A stretch of DNA of 63,817 nt, filler included, from Octopus bimaculoides (GCF_001194135.2; 7 parts of 6 records of this genome joined end to end with filler, not necessarily neighbours in it); one strand, 5' to 3'; shown: positions 12,407-26,140, counted from the whole stretch's first letter. Translations and numbers: made by a program. Notes: generated by a model not told the origin, from the letters alone.

Positions 12407-12672
12407 ATCCACAGAGCGAACGCCGACCGACGGCGGCAGCGGCCCACGGAAGGGAGAAGACGACAACAACAGCAGGGAGGAAAAGAGAGGAGGGGACGAA
12501 ACGAGCGAGTGGTGGGCGCGAACAGATTGGGCAGCGGCGGCACTTTCGTCGGGCGGTACCGCGCGGGAGCCTCTGTCGCTTTCGTTCGTTCGTCGTCGTC
12601 GTCGTCGTCCGCGCGTGCAGCCTCGCTGTTCCTCGGCGAATCTACTGCTGCTGCCGTGCTCCGTTAGGTGTC
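12407..12672. other. GC/CpG-rich segment of unknown origin, truncated by a gap
   Basis: Abrupt switch to GC-rich sequence after a SINE-head fragment; ATTGG at 12526-12530 and GGGCGG at 12551-12556. Confidence 0.5.
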
Positions 12673-13069
12673 NNNNNNNNNNNNNNNNNNNNNNNNNNNN
12701 NNNNNNNNNNNNNNNNNNNNNNNNNNNNNNNNNNNNNNNNNNNNNNNNNNNNNNNNNNNNNNNNNNNNNNNNNNNNNNNNNNNNNNNNNNNNNNNNNNNN
12801 NNNNNNNNNNNNNNNNNNNNNNNNNNNNNNNNNNNNNNNNNNNNNNNNNNNNNNNNNNNNNNNNNNNNNNNNNNNNNNNNNNNNNNNNNNNNNNNNNNNN
12901 NNNNNNNNNNNNNNNNNNNNNNNNNNNNNNNNNNNNNNNNNNNNNNNNNNNNNNNNNNNNNNNNNNNNNNNNNNNNNNNNNNNNNNNNNNNNNNNNNNNN
13001 NNNNNNNNNNNNNNNNNNNNNNNNNNNNNNNNNNNNNCTATGATCCAGCATAGTTTGTTTTATTTTTCA

Positions 13070-13425
13070 ATTAAGACTATGTCTGGCTTCCTATTCTCTA
13101 GCAGAAATAACAGGTTTTAATCAAGCAAATCCCCTCCAGTACTTATTCTGGTACTTAATTTATCGATCTGTTATGTCGAAAATGCTAGGTCACAGGGCTG
13201 TAAACAAACCAACACTCGTTATCAACAGACGGAGGACGAACACAAGCACAAATACACACACACACACGACGGTCTTCCACAGAGTTTCCATCCATCAAAT
13301 TCACTTACAAAGCATTGATCGACCCGGAGACATAGTAGAAGGCACTTACCTACGGTGCCGTGCGGTGGGGTTGAACCCAAAATTACGTGGCTGCAAAGCA
13401 GATTTCTTAACCACACTGCCATACT
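13070..13425 (-). mobile_element. CORE-like SINE, diverged
   Basis: Reverse strand GGGTTCAACCCCACCGCACGGCACCGTAGGTAAGTGCCTTCTACTATGTCTCCGGGTCGATCAATGC plus internal (GT)n and ATAAGTAC tail motif. Confidence 0.65.
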
Positions 13426-14245
13426 TGCTCCTGTATTTAGGAGTAGTGTTTCTTTTCTCCAAGTTCATAAAAATATGTGTGCGGCGTATACCCAAACTGA
13501 AAGAGAGGTTCTGCTATGCCCAAAATAAGAATGTTCAATGTTGTGTGCCAACTTCCTCTTTGTGCAGAGCATCAACTCCTTGCCGAGATATTTGCATTTA
13601 AGTGGACACGACTTGATTTTGGTACAATTACATTGGGCTGTTCCTGTAATTCCTTCTCTCGATACAAGGAATCAGATCCTTAGCTGTAGCTTACTTTCAG
13701 TGAGTTCTTGTTAAATATTTTGTAGTATCGTGGTCAATTGAAAAGTATCTTCATATAAGAAAGTTCTGGCAATATTGGATACCGCATTCTAGATGTTATA
13801 TCTGAGTAGTTTTTATATCTTATAGGATGTTATCAGGCAAGATGTATTGTATTTTCTTTTGGAAACTATTCTCGCTTAAAGCAGTGATGCATGGTTAAAA
13901 ACAACTTCACTTGACGAAATTCTAGAAATGTGACGACTAATGCTATATACTAAATTTGTCAAGATTATGGGAGGGTGACTTGAAGACCTGGTAACGTAAA
14001 ACAATTTTTATTTATTTATTTATTTGGCTTCCTATAAGAACAATGTTTATCTGTATTTAATTTTAACATAACATTTAAAACATTAACTACATTGATGTTG
14101 GTACTAACGGTTGTTATAAAAAACGCTTTATAAATACAGTAACAAGGTCTTCATACATACATATATACATACATCGCTTTAACGGCGGAACTCTAAAAGT
14201 AGAGTAGTGTTACCATTATACCAAAGCAATCCTTCGAATTTTCTC

Positions 14246-14279
<34 letters not shown>

Positions 14280-15162
14280 CATACATACATACATACATAC
14301 ATACATGCATACATACATACATACATGCATGCATCAAGCCAGCCAGTCATACATTACACGTATGTGTGTGCGTGCGTGCGTGCGTGTATGTGTCCGTGCG
14401 TGCTTTACTAAACTGTTGGAAAATGCCTGCTCGCTTACTAGAAGAGTTTGAGGGGTTTATATGTTGGCCTGTTTGTGTTCTGTTATGGTACATCCGATTT
14501 GTGTAAGAAAGACAAGAAGGAAGAAAGATTAACCTAGTCCTACCAAGCATGAAGACATTTTCATGGTGAAGGCGTGAATGTATTTTTGTGAGCGTAAGTA
14601 AACGAACGGGCACCAGTGATGGCAATTTTGTCTGCTGTTATTTCTATAGACTGAGTGGGAGTGTGAAATGTATTATAACTAGCTACTGTTTAGCAGTTGT
14701 ATTTTGATTGCCTGGTTGTGGGTGCAATCGTTGTTATCAGAACCGGATGAAGGTTCCGCCATTCAGGCAAGTCGCCCAGGGCATTACCTGCTACGGGGCG
14801 CTCCGTGCTTGGGGGAGCCCCATCTTGAATGCGGATATTCAAAGGAAAATAAAACAAAAATAATAAATAAATAAACGCTTTATTTTTATCTTATATATAT
14901 ATATAAAATATTTGATAAACTGTAATAAATACGTTTTATATGGCTCTGTGGTGTCACTAGATGAGATGTAGGGTATTTTCTTGTGGATATCATTCACTTT
15001 AAACCCATATTGTTGTATGGTGACGCACAGTTAGAAATTTATTTCAGATGAAATTCAAGAAATGCGACTACAAATGCTATTTACTAAACTTTTCAAGTCA
15101 AAATTAGAGTGACCCAAAGACCTCGTTATACATGGTCCGGCAAAATGATCTGACACATTTGT

Positions 15163-15511
15163 AGGTTTAATAAAACTTCAGATACTGGGCCGAAAACAAC
15201 CCTCGTGAGTTGCATGAACGCCCTTTGCATTCTCCTCGGGTGACTGTGTGGTGTGCGGTATCAGAATTCGGTATATGGGGTCCGTACTTCTTTGAAGAAG
15301 ACAACGTTACAGTGACTGTGAACTCTGATCGATATTGTGAGATGCTAGAGAATTTTCTCAGACCCAAATTGAATATGCTCCACGATACGGAAAATGTTTG
15401 GTTTCAACAGGATGGGGCAACAGCCCACACTTCTCGACGTGCGATGGGAATTTTGAGGGAGATGTTTCCTGGTCATTTAATCTCATTGCGTGGTGACATC
15501 GGTTGGCCCGT
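15163..15511 (+). mobile_element. Tc1/mariner transposase catalytic fragment, probably DD41D (rosa/Visitor)
   Basis: Stop-free RYWAENNPRELHERPLHSPRVTVWCAVSEFGIWGPYFF...WFQQDGATAHT...GDIGWP, then a gap. WP sits 31-32 residues after the second D, which implies D41D if the canonical WPxxSPDLxxxD follows. Confidence 0.85.
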
Positions 15512-15649
15512 NNNNNNNNNNNNNNNNNNNNNNNNNNNNNNNNNNNNNNNNNNNNTTAATTAATTAANNNNNNNNNNNNNNNNNNNNNNNNNNNNNNNNN
15601 NNNNNNNNNNNTATATATATATATATATATATATGTATATAATGTCCCG

Positions 15650-17160
15650 ACCTTGTCGTGGTTTAGAGGCTAGCGTGTTGCTATCATCCGGTAGAGTCAA
15701 GCTGGACAGGTGCAACCATGCCAGAAGAGCCATCAGTAGCAGCCAGACGAAAGGTACTCCACTCTCAAGACCTCAACGACAGATCAAATGGATGAAGTTT
15801 CCCTCACAGCCGCGAAGGCGGGTGAAGACTGCATCAGATTTAAGAACTCCAATTGTCTTGGTTTCCTTGCCATTGGTTCCAGTTTGCAGATTTGCGAAGA
15901 ACCTTGTTTGTCTTGGAGTGCAACAAGAAATAAACATTAAATAACATCTTTCGGTGACGGAGGAAGGGTGAAGGAGCAGGCTGGTGATGGCTGAAAGCTC
16001 TTAGTTACGAACGGGCACAGAAGCGTAGAGTACCAGATTTAGTCGCTCAACTTTTGGAAATGAGACAGGCAAGTTGTTCGCCAGGGATAGTGTCGACTGT
16101 ACAACCCTCTATAGGATCTATTCTGTTCACCCTAGAATCAGGAGGAGTTAGAAAGTCGACCTAAACATAGCCTACTTCAATTCAACCTGCCTGAAAACCA
16201 TGCCCAGGGGGTTTCATCAACATGCGGTCGAAAATCTGCAGGACATCGAGCAATGAAATTTGGAAAATGGAACGTACGAATTTTAATGGACAATTCAAAC
16301 TTGGACAGACCTGATAGAACTATTTTTTTTTTAGCTCGTAAACTTCAGATTTGACATTATTCCTCTGAGTGAGACCAGAAGGGCAGGGGAAAGATAAATC
16401 AAAGATGAACAAGGACAATGCATGTCTTTTTGGAAAAGTCTTCACTGAACAACCTTGGGTCTTTCTGGTTTTGACATCCGAAATAGCCTACTTCGGAGAC
16501 TCATTCAGCAACCCCTCAGAATCACTGATCGACTTATGACACAAGATTACTCTCGGCATGTCAACATCATCAGTGCATATGCTCCAACTTTGGATGATGT
16601 AAACTTTGTGAAGGGAAACTTCTATGCTCAACTCTAGCTTAAAACTTCTATGTTCAAAAGAAAACAAGATTGTACTACTTGGTGACTTTGATGTCAGAGT
16701 CAGGAGAGAGCACAGGCTCTGAACCGGGACCTTTGAAAAAGAAGGAATTAGCAGAACCAACGTCAAGGGGATACTTCATCACACTAAGTGTGAGGAGCAT
16801 GATCCGGTCATTACGAATACCTTATTTCTCCAGAAAAATAAGTACAAAGCTTCATAGCAACATCTACACTCAGAACATTTTTACATGACTGACTATGTTT
16901 TGAAGACCCTAGCCATGGCTGGTGCAGATAAGTATGGGACAGACCACGGTCTCATCTCCCCAATCTCTGAGAACATCTGCCCGAAAATTCATCACAAACT
17001 GTTGAAGAACACTGAAACCAGCTAGAAAATTCCATCATCTCTTCCTGCAAAGGAATGCTTGGTCTCAAGACCAGAAAGTCGATGAAAATGAACAAGTTCA
17101 TCGAGCATCCGGAACCACCTCTTCCCGAACAGGAATTGGATACATCAATTACCTCAGAAT
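15650..17160 (+). mobile_element. RTE-clade LINE 5' region (5' UTR and AP endonuclease), decayed
   Basis: 5' ACCTTGTCGTGG motif; frameshifted MKFGKWNVR, LSETRR, NIISAYAPTLD and LLGDF motifs. Confidence 0.8.
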
Positions 17161-17329
17161 GTATCAATAACTATAAAAATAACTAAGACTTTCACCCTCG
17201 ATCATGAGCGATAGCCACTATGATAGCCACTAAGCTGCTTATAAAATGGCTTTATTCTTTGCATGTATTTTGTCCTTTTCGTTAGTTGTCGTACCCGTCT
17301 TTCAGTATTATTTTGGAGTTCTACAGCAC

Positions 17330-17512
17330 CGGACAAAATGCTTAGCAGTTTTTCTTCTGAACATTATGAGTTCAAATTTCTCCGAAGTTGACTTTCCCTT
17401 TTTGTCCATTCGGGGTCGATAAAATAAGTACCAGCTGAGTCTGGGATCAATGTAATTGACTATCCCCCTAACAATTTCAGACCTTGTGCGTATAGTAGAA
17501 AAGATTATTTTG
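17330..17512 (-). mobile_element. Meta-domain-like SINE in a rearranged arrangement
   Basis: GAGTTCAAATTTCTCCGAAGTTGACTTTCCC...CGGGGTCGATAAAATAAGTACCAG reads on the plus strand, so the strand call is uncertain. Confidence 0.5.
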
Positions 17513-17584
17513 AAATTCTCAATTCTAGCATACAAGGTCATATTTTGCAGCATATACAATACATCTGTATATGTACTTGTAAAA

Positions 17585-17820
17585 CTGGCACCCCGTCGGT
17601 TACGACGACGAGTACTCCAGTTGCTTTGATCAGCCTGCTCGTGAAATTAACGTGTAAGTGACTGAGCATTCCACAGACATGCATACCCTTAAAGCAGTTT
17701 TCAGGGAGATTCAGCGTGACACAGAATGTAACAAGGCTGACTCTTTGAATTACAGGTACAACTAATTTTTGCCAGCTGAGTGGATTGGAGCAACGTGAAA
17801 TAAAGTGTCATGCTCAAAGA
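17585..17820 (-). mobile_element. SINE 3' part, same family as the 53012-53384 copy
   Basis: Shares CAGCCTGCTCGTGAAATTAACGTG...CAGCGTGACACAG...CAAGGCTGAC...TTTGAATTACAGG with 53070-53195. Confidence 0.75.
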
Positions 17821-18587
17821 CACATGGGCTCACCTCCCCTCCTCTCCTCTCTTCACTCCTACCCACCTTCTCTCTTCATTGATACTACCCCACCCAAACC
17901 CCACCACACCACTACACCACCACACCACTACACCACCACACCACTACCCCACCTCACAACACTCCACACATACTAGCACTGACCACTTCCCAGCACCCAA
18001 ACTACACACCATCATCCTCACATCNNNNNNNNNNNNNNNNNNNNNNNNNNNNNNNNNNNNNNNNNNNNNNNNNNNNNNNNNNNNNNNNNNNNNNNNNNNN
18101 NNNNNNNNNNNNNNNNNNNNNNNNNNNNNNNNNNNNNNNNNNNNNNNNNNNNNNNNNNNNNNNNNNNNNNNNNNNNNNNNNNNNNNNNNNNNNNNNNNNN
18201 NNNNNNNNNNNNNNNNNNNNNNNNNNNNNNNNNNNNNNNNNNNNNNNNNNNNNNNNNNNNNNNNNNNNNNNNNNNNNNNNNNNNNNNNNNNNNNNNNNNN
18301 NNNNNNNNNNNNNNNNNNNNNNNNNNNNNNNNNNNNNNNNNNNNNNNNNNNNNNNNNNNNNNNNNNNNNNNNNNNNNNNNNNNNNNNNNNNNNNNNNNNN
18401 NNNNNNNNNNNNNNNNNNNNNNNNNNNNNNNNNNNNNNNNNNNNNNNNNNNNNNNNNNNNNNNNNNNNNNNNNNNNNNNNNNNNNNNNNNNNNNNNNNNN
18501 NNNNNNNNNNNNNNNNNNNNNNNNNNNNNNNNNNNNNNNNNNNNNNNNNNNNNNNNNNNNNNNNNNNNNNNNNNNNNNNNNNNNNNN

Positions 18588-18621
<34 letters not shown>

Positions 18622-18627
18622 CACATA

Positions 18628-19497
18628 CACGCTGTGTTTAGACTAAATTTGACAACATTTTATGCCCCTTTATTTTTCTGAAACAGCTTATATTAGTGAA
18701 TAGTCAATGATATTGGAGAGGATAACGATTAAAGTTATAGTTGAGAGAAAGTTGGCTGACATGGAGGATTGAAAGCCAACTGAATATTGGAAAAAAGTTA
18801 AGTATACCATGATGATTCACACCGAGTGTCAAAATACTGACATTATGACTGCTGGTCAATGTTCTGTGAATACTGTAAAAGTTGTAAGACGTGACATGAA
18901 CAGCTGCAACGGAGACTACAAAGCCGTGGCCAGCAGGAAGGGACACAGCAGGCATTCTGACTGCGTTCACATACCGGATCCCTTCCAACGGCAGATGAAC
19001 TGGGTTTACAGTTCAATTCAGATGGCTATGTGAAGCTGCTGGCGACTGGTCAATCTCTGGCTGGAGAGGGTTGCTGCTGGAAGGTCATCTGTGTGGTAGC
19101 AAGATTCAGGTCTTGCCATATCTCCGAAAAGAGTCAGAATTTCTACGACTTCACCACTCCAATTTCTGACCTCCTAAACCTCCTGATTGTAATCCTGTAG
19201 ATTACTGAGTGTAGAGTGCAGTTGGGAAAGACATAAACCGCTCTGCCCATGGCAGCAAGGCCGAGCTGGTGGCGAAGATCTTGAAGGTATTCAAAGATCT
19301 TCCCACGGACACAGTGAGGAAGGCATGTGATAGATTCCGGAGCAGTCTTGCAGCCGTGGTGGAGATTAAGGGCGGCTACTTTGAGTAAACTGTTATCTCC
19401 CAGCCATAATCTAGTTGATATTTTTTGATTTTTTGAAAATACTTTTGTGTTTTCTTTTCCTTTTATGCAAACTGTCAAATTTAGCCCGAATACGCTG
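18628..19497 (+). mobile_element. Internally deleted maT (DD37D-type) Tc1/mariner element with both TIRs
   Basis: TIR pair sharing CTAAATTTGACA (about 18 of 25 nt match); N-terminal MMIHTECQNTDIMTAGQCSVNTVK; decayed QDS...NFYDFTT...PPDCNPVD; C-terminal KACDRFRSSLAAVVEIKGGYFE*. Confidence 0.8.
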
Positions 19498-19624
19498 CAC
19501 ACACACACATACACACACGTCGTGTGTGTATGTGTGTGAATATTTATATGCATATATATATAGCTGTTTATATATGTGTGTGTATATGTATGCGTATATC
19601 TGTGTATGCATTTATATACAGATA

Positions 19625-19662
<38 letters not shown>

Positions 19663-20306
19663 CGTGCGTGTGTGTGTGTCTGTGTGTATTCCTTTTATAC
19701 ATCACCTATTCTCGATTCTTCCTTCCTCTACTAAATATTTTACATAGATATTCTAAGTCAGATAAATTCTTAATTAGTTACGGAGCACTGTTGTTAGACG
19801 AAAGTGCAGCCTGTGAAATGCGTGGGTGTTTGTGAATGGTGTGTTTGATGACACACGAGAAGTGTTGTTTTTTCTCTAAGTACTTTTGTAGTATTTCTAA
19901 CTATTGAATCTGGTGAAAATAGCTTGGAATTTAATTTGTTTTCCTAATTTTGAAGCAAGGCCAAAGGTTTGAAGGGGAGGGGAAATTAATGAAATAAATG
20001 CCATTTATTTTATCGACATCGAATGATGAGAGGCAAAGTCACCTTGGCGAAATTTGAACTCAGAACGTGGAGAGCCAAAAGCAATGCCGCTCAATATTTT
20101 GTCCGGATGTGCATGAAGTTCTAAACACTGGTCGTATCACTCAATGAAATTTAGGTCGCACTATATAATTATGCGTATATGTACATACATATATACGCGC
20201 GCGCGAGTGTTTGTGTTTGTGTATATATGTATGCATGTATGTATGTTTGTATGTATGTATGTATGTATGTATGTATGTATGTATGTGTATGTATGTATGC
20301 GCGTAC

Positions 20307-20351
<45 letters not shown>

Positions 20352-20958
20352 CATCAATCTATCTGGGTGTCAGTATATATATATANNNNNNNNNNNNNNN
20401 NNNNNNNNNNNNNNNNNNNNNNNNNNNNNNNNNNNNNNNNNNNNNNNNNNNNNNNNNNNNNNNNNNNNNNNNNNNNNNNNNNNNNNNNNNNNNNNNNNNN
20501 NNNNNNNNNNNNNNNNNNNNNNNNNNNNNNNNNNNNNNNNNNNNNNNNNNNNNNNNNNNNNNNNNNNNNNNNNNNNNNNNNNNNNNNNNNNNNNNNNNNN
20601 NNNNNNNNNNNNNNNNNNNNNNNNNNNNNNNNNNNATATATATATATATACGTACACATATATGCACACACTTATTTACATACATACAAGACCCCACCCC
20701 ATTCAATATATATGTAGGGAGATGGAACAGGGAGGAAGAGAGTGAGAGAAAGAAAAAAACAAGGACTATTGACCAGGCGAAAGCCTGTTGATGAATTATT
20801 GTATAATTATATAATAAATCGATAACTGTACAGCCTCAGTGTATAGTCGATTGAATCGACCTAAGAACGATACCGGGAAGGATTTTAAAATCATTGGCGT
20901 GATGAAAGACGAATATTAAAGCAGCCGACATTAAATTTAGTTAAGTCAAATGACTGCA

Positions 20959-21049
<91 letters not shown>

Positions 21050-21218
21050 TTATCTATGTCTCTAAAAATACGACATTTGTTTTCCTTATACGCACATCCA
21101 AGAAAATATATATGTACACCCAATCGTCCATCTATCTACGCACATATGAATACACACATGTATATTGACATACTCATATATGTACGTGTATATATATATA
21201 TATCTATATTTATATATA

Positions 21219-21297
<79 letters not shown>

Positions 21298-22587
21298 GAG
21301 TGTATGCGTGCATGTGTTTGCCCACACACCCACACGTGCAGACATATATAAACGTAATATTTATCCTCATCTAAAAGTGGGACGTCCATTGCAAAATATG
21401 TAGAGCGCCGGAAAAATTATCTTGCGTCATTTAGTCATGGCCATTTACCTTCTTAGTTCAAATACTGTCGGCATAAATATAATAAGTACCAGTCAAGAAA
21501 TTGATCGATATAATCAACTACTCCATATGTAGCCTTATGCATGTATGAACAATCAATCAATATTGAACTAAGAGTAAACAATATACATAAATTATATATG
21601 TACATGTTTATATGTACAACCGTTCACGGACTCTCAATTCGTACTGGAGTCATAGGGGAACCGGTGTAAAAGAGCAAATTACTTTCAAAGACAAAGGAAA
21701 GGAGAGAAGGAGGATCTATGTCAGTACTGGACCAGTGTCGGAATTGGACTGTTACATCACAGGCGCGCGCACGCTCGCACACACACACACACACACACAC
21801 ACTCACATCGATGAAATTATTTTATGACGAGTATATTAACCATAAAAATTCAGGTGTATGAGATGAATACACTTCTTTAACCACTTGCTATTCTTAGTAT
21901 CACGGTCATTTCGCAGCTTTCATCGTATAATAATAATTTCAGTGTATAATAGATTATTTTACGTGCCTACGCTAATATGCACGTTCCGCATTATATAATC
22001 CCAACTGTACATTTACAAATCAATGTAGAGCTCATCAGATAACTAAAAGCATTGGTGAAACCATGAGATTCTGGTGATGTGAGGAGCTAGACTTCTATAT
22101 TTGCATTGATTTGTAAATGTACAATTGTATTGTATAATGTATAGCATACTTATTAGTGCAGACATGTTTAATAATTTATTATACTCTGAAATTATTATTA
22201 CATGAAGCGAAACGGCCGTAATCCTAAGTATAACAAGGGGTTAAATAAATATATACACCATTTTATGGTGGTTATACATACACACACGACGCAAACATGC
22301 ACACACATATACACACAAACGCTTGCCCTCGCACACATACACATACATACACACACACACTCATGCGTGTATGCATCTATTTGTGTATGTGTGTGAGCGT
22401 GCGCGCGCGCGCGAGCGTTTGTGAGCGTGTATGTATATTCTAACGACAGGCTACAAGCTGTAGTCATAGTGGGACACTGAAGAGGTACTGCTTCACTTTT
22501 ACTGAACTACCTTCTTTAGTTAGCATTCGGTGAATGAGGTACTTGAAGTAGCTGTTCCCAGCTGAGTTTCTTGCCGTGAAGTAGTCT

Positions 22588-22915
22588 CATTTAGGTTTTT
22601 AGGCACTAGAATGTCCAGTTGCTTTTGAAGACATCTATATCTACATCATGCACATTTCATAAATCTTTCGGAAGGGTATTGAAAGGTTATGTCTATGAAT
22701 TCAAATCTAATGCAGGATCTGGTCCAAGATCTGGCCAGTGAGGATGGAACTTCTACACTACGCAACTTGCTCAGTACTAGGAAAAAAGTTTTAATGCTAA
22801 ATTTTCTTGCAAGTTCTAGTATCTTCCTGACACATATCTCTGCATATCTTCTCTATCTACAGAGTTGGAGGCCATTTATATACATAAAGTAAATTATATA
22901 TATAGGAGTATATAT
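22588..22915. repeat. Unidentified segment of about 330 bp, duplicated in inverted orientation at 41886-42216
   Basis: Direct comparison; the identical 67-aa translations at 22689 (+) and 41912 (-) come from this duplication. Confidence 0.9.
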
Positions 22916-23026
22916 GTATATACACATTCATACACACATACATACATACGTACATACGTACATGCATGCATACACACATACATACATACATACATACATA
23001 CATACATACATACATACATACATACA

Positions 23027-24180
23027 TAAATGACACCTGTAACGAAACACGTCTCATTAAAGAATATGACAGCCAAATAAAGAAAATTTGGACCATAGAA
23101 CTCTCTGCATTCAATAAAACAGTGGTTCATACTGTGTTTGCAGTGCCAGTACTCATATCAACATTTGAGCTGCTTGATTGGATGCTTTATGAGATCCGAG
23201 GCATTGATGTGAAAACCCGAAAAATACTAACAAGCAGGCATAATTCCCACATAAACAGTGACGGAGACCGTTTCTACGTAAAACGAAAACAAGGAGGCAG
23301 AGGCTGGCTTAACAACGATCCAAAGGCCTTTGAATAACTCTTGAGCAACCACCAAGTGTCGAAGTGCATTCTATGACCAAGGTTGCATACATGAGGCTGA
23401 TAACAGCGTAAGACTTGGAAGGCAGCTCCTTGAGCAAGTTCGTTGTCCGATAACCTACAATACATGCCCAAAGAAGTCGCACGACTCTACTGCACCGTAT
23501 CATCAGATGAAAGGATGAGTGTATACGAGCAGAAGACTATGCATGGATATATTAATAGAAAGCTCCGAGATGATGGTAACCGTATTATCTACCGATGAGG
23601 CATGATGTTTTAGCTAGGACGCTCTATAAGGAAATCTGTCGGAAAAATAACCCCGAAGGTAAAGAAATAAGAACCCACAGTATGGTAGAAGCCATAGCCA
23701 CTGATATTAAAAAGTAGTACTAGTGGAATGTACCAGTGAAGACCTCAATAAAATGTAACAACAACAGACCTGATATAACGATTTGGGATAGAGAAAAGAA
23801 ACTGTGTACAATTGTGGAAATTAGCTTCCCAGCAGATGTTAACTTAAAGCTGAAAATCAATGAAAAAGAGAATATCTAGGATGAACTATTCAGAAATCTG
23901 CAGTTACCTTATCCAGATTACAAGTTCAGGTTTATACCTGTAATTATTTGGGGCCTGGTATATGTAACACACTGCCTAAATACCAATTAAGCTTCTCAAA
24001 ACCAGAAAGGAGAAAGCTAATTCAAAGACTACAGATCAAATTCATCACTGGAACTGTAAAAGTCTGTAAAACTTTTCTGAAGTTTATCGTTTAAATATAT
24101 ATGAGCATGTCTAGATATGCAACAATATGCATGTGAAAACATACATAAAAAAAAACATACAAATCTGCACTTTTACTTAC

Positions 24181-24211
<31 letters not shown>

Positions 24212-24370
24212 CATACATACATACATACATACATACATGCATATGTATACAAACAAAAACACGCTGTTTCTGATGTCGAAATTCCAACGAAGGAGCCTTG
24301 GATCTTGGTTAGAAACCAGTTCTTTCTCTCTTGGCGAGAAATCTTAAAACAAATTGAACAATGACATAAT
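23027..24370 (+). mobile_element. R4/Dong-clade non-LTR retrotransposon 3' portion (RT end, RLE endonuclease, 3' UTR), copy A
   Basis: KEYDSQIKKIWTIELSAFNK...FAVPVL...IDVKTRKIL...RFYVKRKQGGRG; NRPDITIWDREKKLCTIVEISFPAD; GTVKVCKTFLKFIV*; embedded in (CATA)n. Confidence 0.85.
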
Positions 24371-24385
24371 ACATGCATATATATG

Positions 24386-24444
<59 letters not shown>

Positions 24445-25061
24445 TAAGCAAAATATGAGTTAGAGGTTATTCAACCATCTAAGGGATAAATGTATCCATG
24501 TATCCCTAGACTCTGCTGGTGTATTATCTCACAATGTATAGTCCTAGCTATAAGGTATTAAGTAGTTGGTAATTTAAAGGGAAAATCGTGGTTTAATATA
24601 TAGACAAAAGAAAAGATATATATATATATACATATATATATATTAGAGGGAAAAAGATTAGAGATCTTTAAAACTCAAATTTTTATTTATAAAAGATGGA
24701 GTTGGAAATAGCAGAGAAGTAAGTCTAAGACATTTCAATTTAAGGCGGAATTTAATAAAAATGAATTTATAATTTTTATAAAGAAAATATTATTGGTTTC
24801 GATGAATCTGATCTTATCAAATATCAATACAAATATATAAAAATTAGAAGTAAAAAACAGTTCATCTTCTGTCTGGGGGTCAAGAACATGTCTGGGATAT
24901 TTCGTTGAAGTCTTCTTTAAATATAGCTTGGTACAGAGTCCAAAGTGTTAGCGGGTAAGAGAAGGAGTGTCTATTGCCTAAAAGAAATCTTCTGTGTGTT
25001 CCTGCCAAGGGAGTGGTTAAAAAGCATTTATAGAATGGGTTTTATGTCCACCTGTGTGTGT

Positions 25062-25112
<51 letters not shown>

Positions 25113-25476
25113 GTGTTCAGTGTCCTTTCAATATGTTTGGAAAGTGACCAGCTGTGAGCTGATGGGTGTGTATGTAGTGATGAATGCTTTGAAGAAAGAA
25201 TTAGGATTTTCCTTTGGGCTAAATGTATTCTTTGAGAGTCTCTACCTGTGAATGTGTGTGGTCACCTGCTGTGTATTTATTTCTGTAATCGTGTTTGTGT
25301 GTGAGAGAGTATGTGTGGGTAGACCTGCACTCACACACATGAACACCGCAAAAATACACACACACATGTATGTGTGTGTGTATTTTTGCGCTTTTCTTTT
25401 GTGTGTATGTGTGTATGTGTGTGTTTGTGTGTGTGTGAATGCATAGTCGTGTATTTGTGTTTGGGATGTTTTCTTT

Positions 25477-25530
<54 letters not shown>

Positions 25531-26064
25531 TGTGTTTGTGTTTTTCTGATGTTTTCTTTTTTGTGTATGTGTGTATGTTTGTGTATGTGTTTATGTGTTT
25601 GCTGGCATATATAGATATTGGAAAAAAGGTTTAGGAAATGATGGGAAGTATTTTTCAAAATGATAATAATATGTATAAAATCTTTAAGTGTCTGTTTTTC
25701 TTTGTTAGTTGTGGTTGGGTCTATATTTAATTGTAGTTTATACACACGCGTGCATATACATACATACATACATATATACATGCATGCATACGTACGTACA
25801 TACATACATACATACATACATACATGCATATATATATATATATATATATATAATATGATGGGTTTAGTTCACTGGTGATCTAAACAAATAGGTTCGCTGA
25901 GTAAGTGCTATAATTCGTTATCCGTTTGGTTCCAAGTTCAACTGAGGTTGGAGCCAGGGATCTGTACTAGGCTTCCGAGTTAGCAGGTATATATCATATT
26001 AGGAGGAAAAGACAACAAAAAGCAAGTCATTTAGAATATTTAATTAGGGCAAGGTGAATTTGAA

Positions 26065-26140
26065 GCTTTACAGCTGTTTCTGGGATATCCCTAGTGATAA
26101 GCAAGCATGTCCGAACATTGGGTATTTCGTCATCAGAGAC
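26065..26140 (-). ncRNA. Type I hammerhead ribozyme motif with extended stem II (Penelope-type)
   Basis: Minus strand GTCT-CTGATGA-(49 nt containing ATACCC...GGGATAT)-GAAAC-AGCT-GT-A-AAGC; core and GUA triplet intact; stems I and II imperfect. Confidence 0.55.

Noticed and set aside
14739-15145. Possible hAT-type MITE (CAGAACCGGAT...GCCCAGGGC...GGTCCGGC)
   Set aside because: The termini are too degenerate and I could not identify a TSD.
22689-22892. 67-aa ORF present twice with identical translation, as a duplicated small gene
   Set aside because: No recognisable domain or gene context; the identity is explained by the near-identical DNA duplication.
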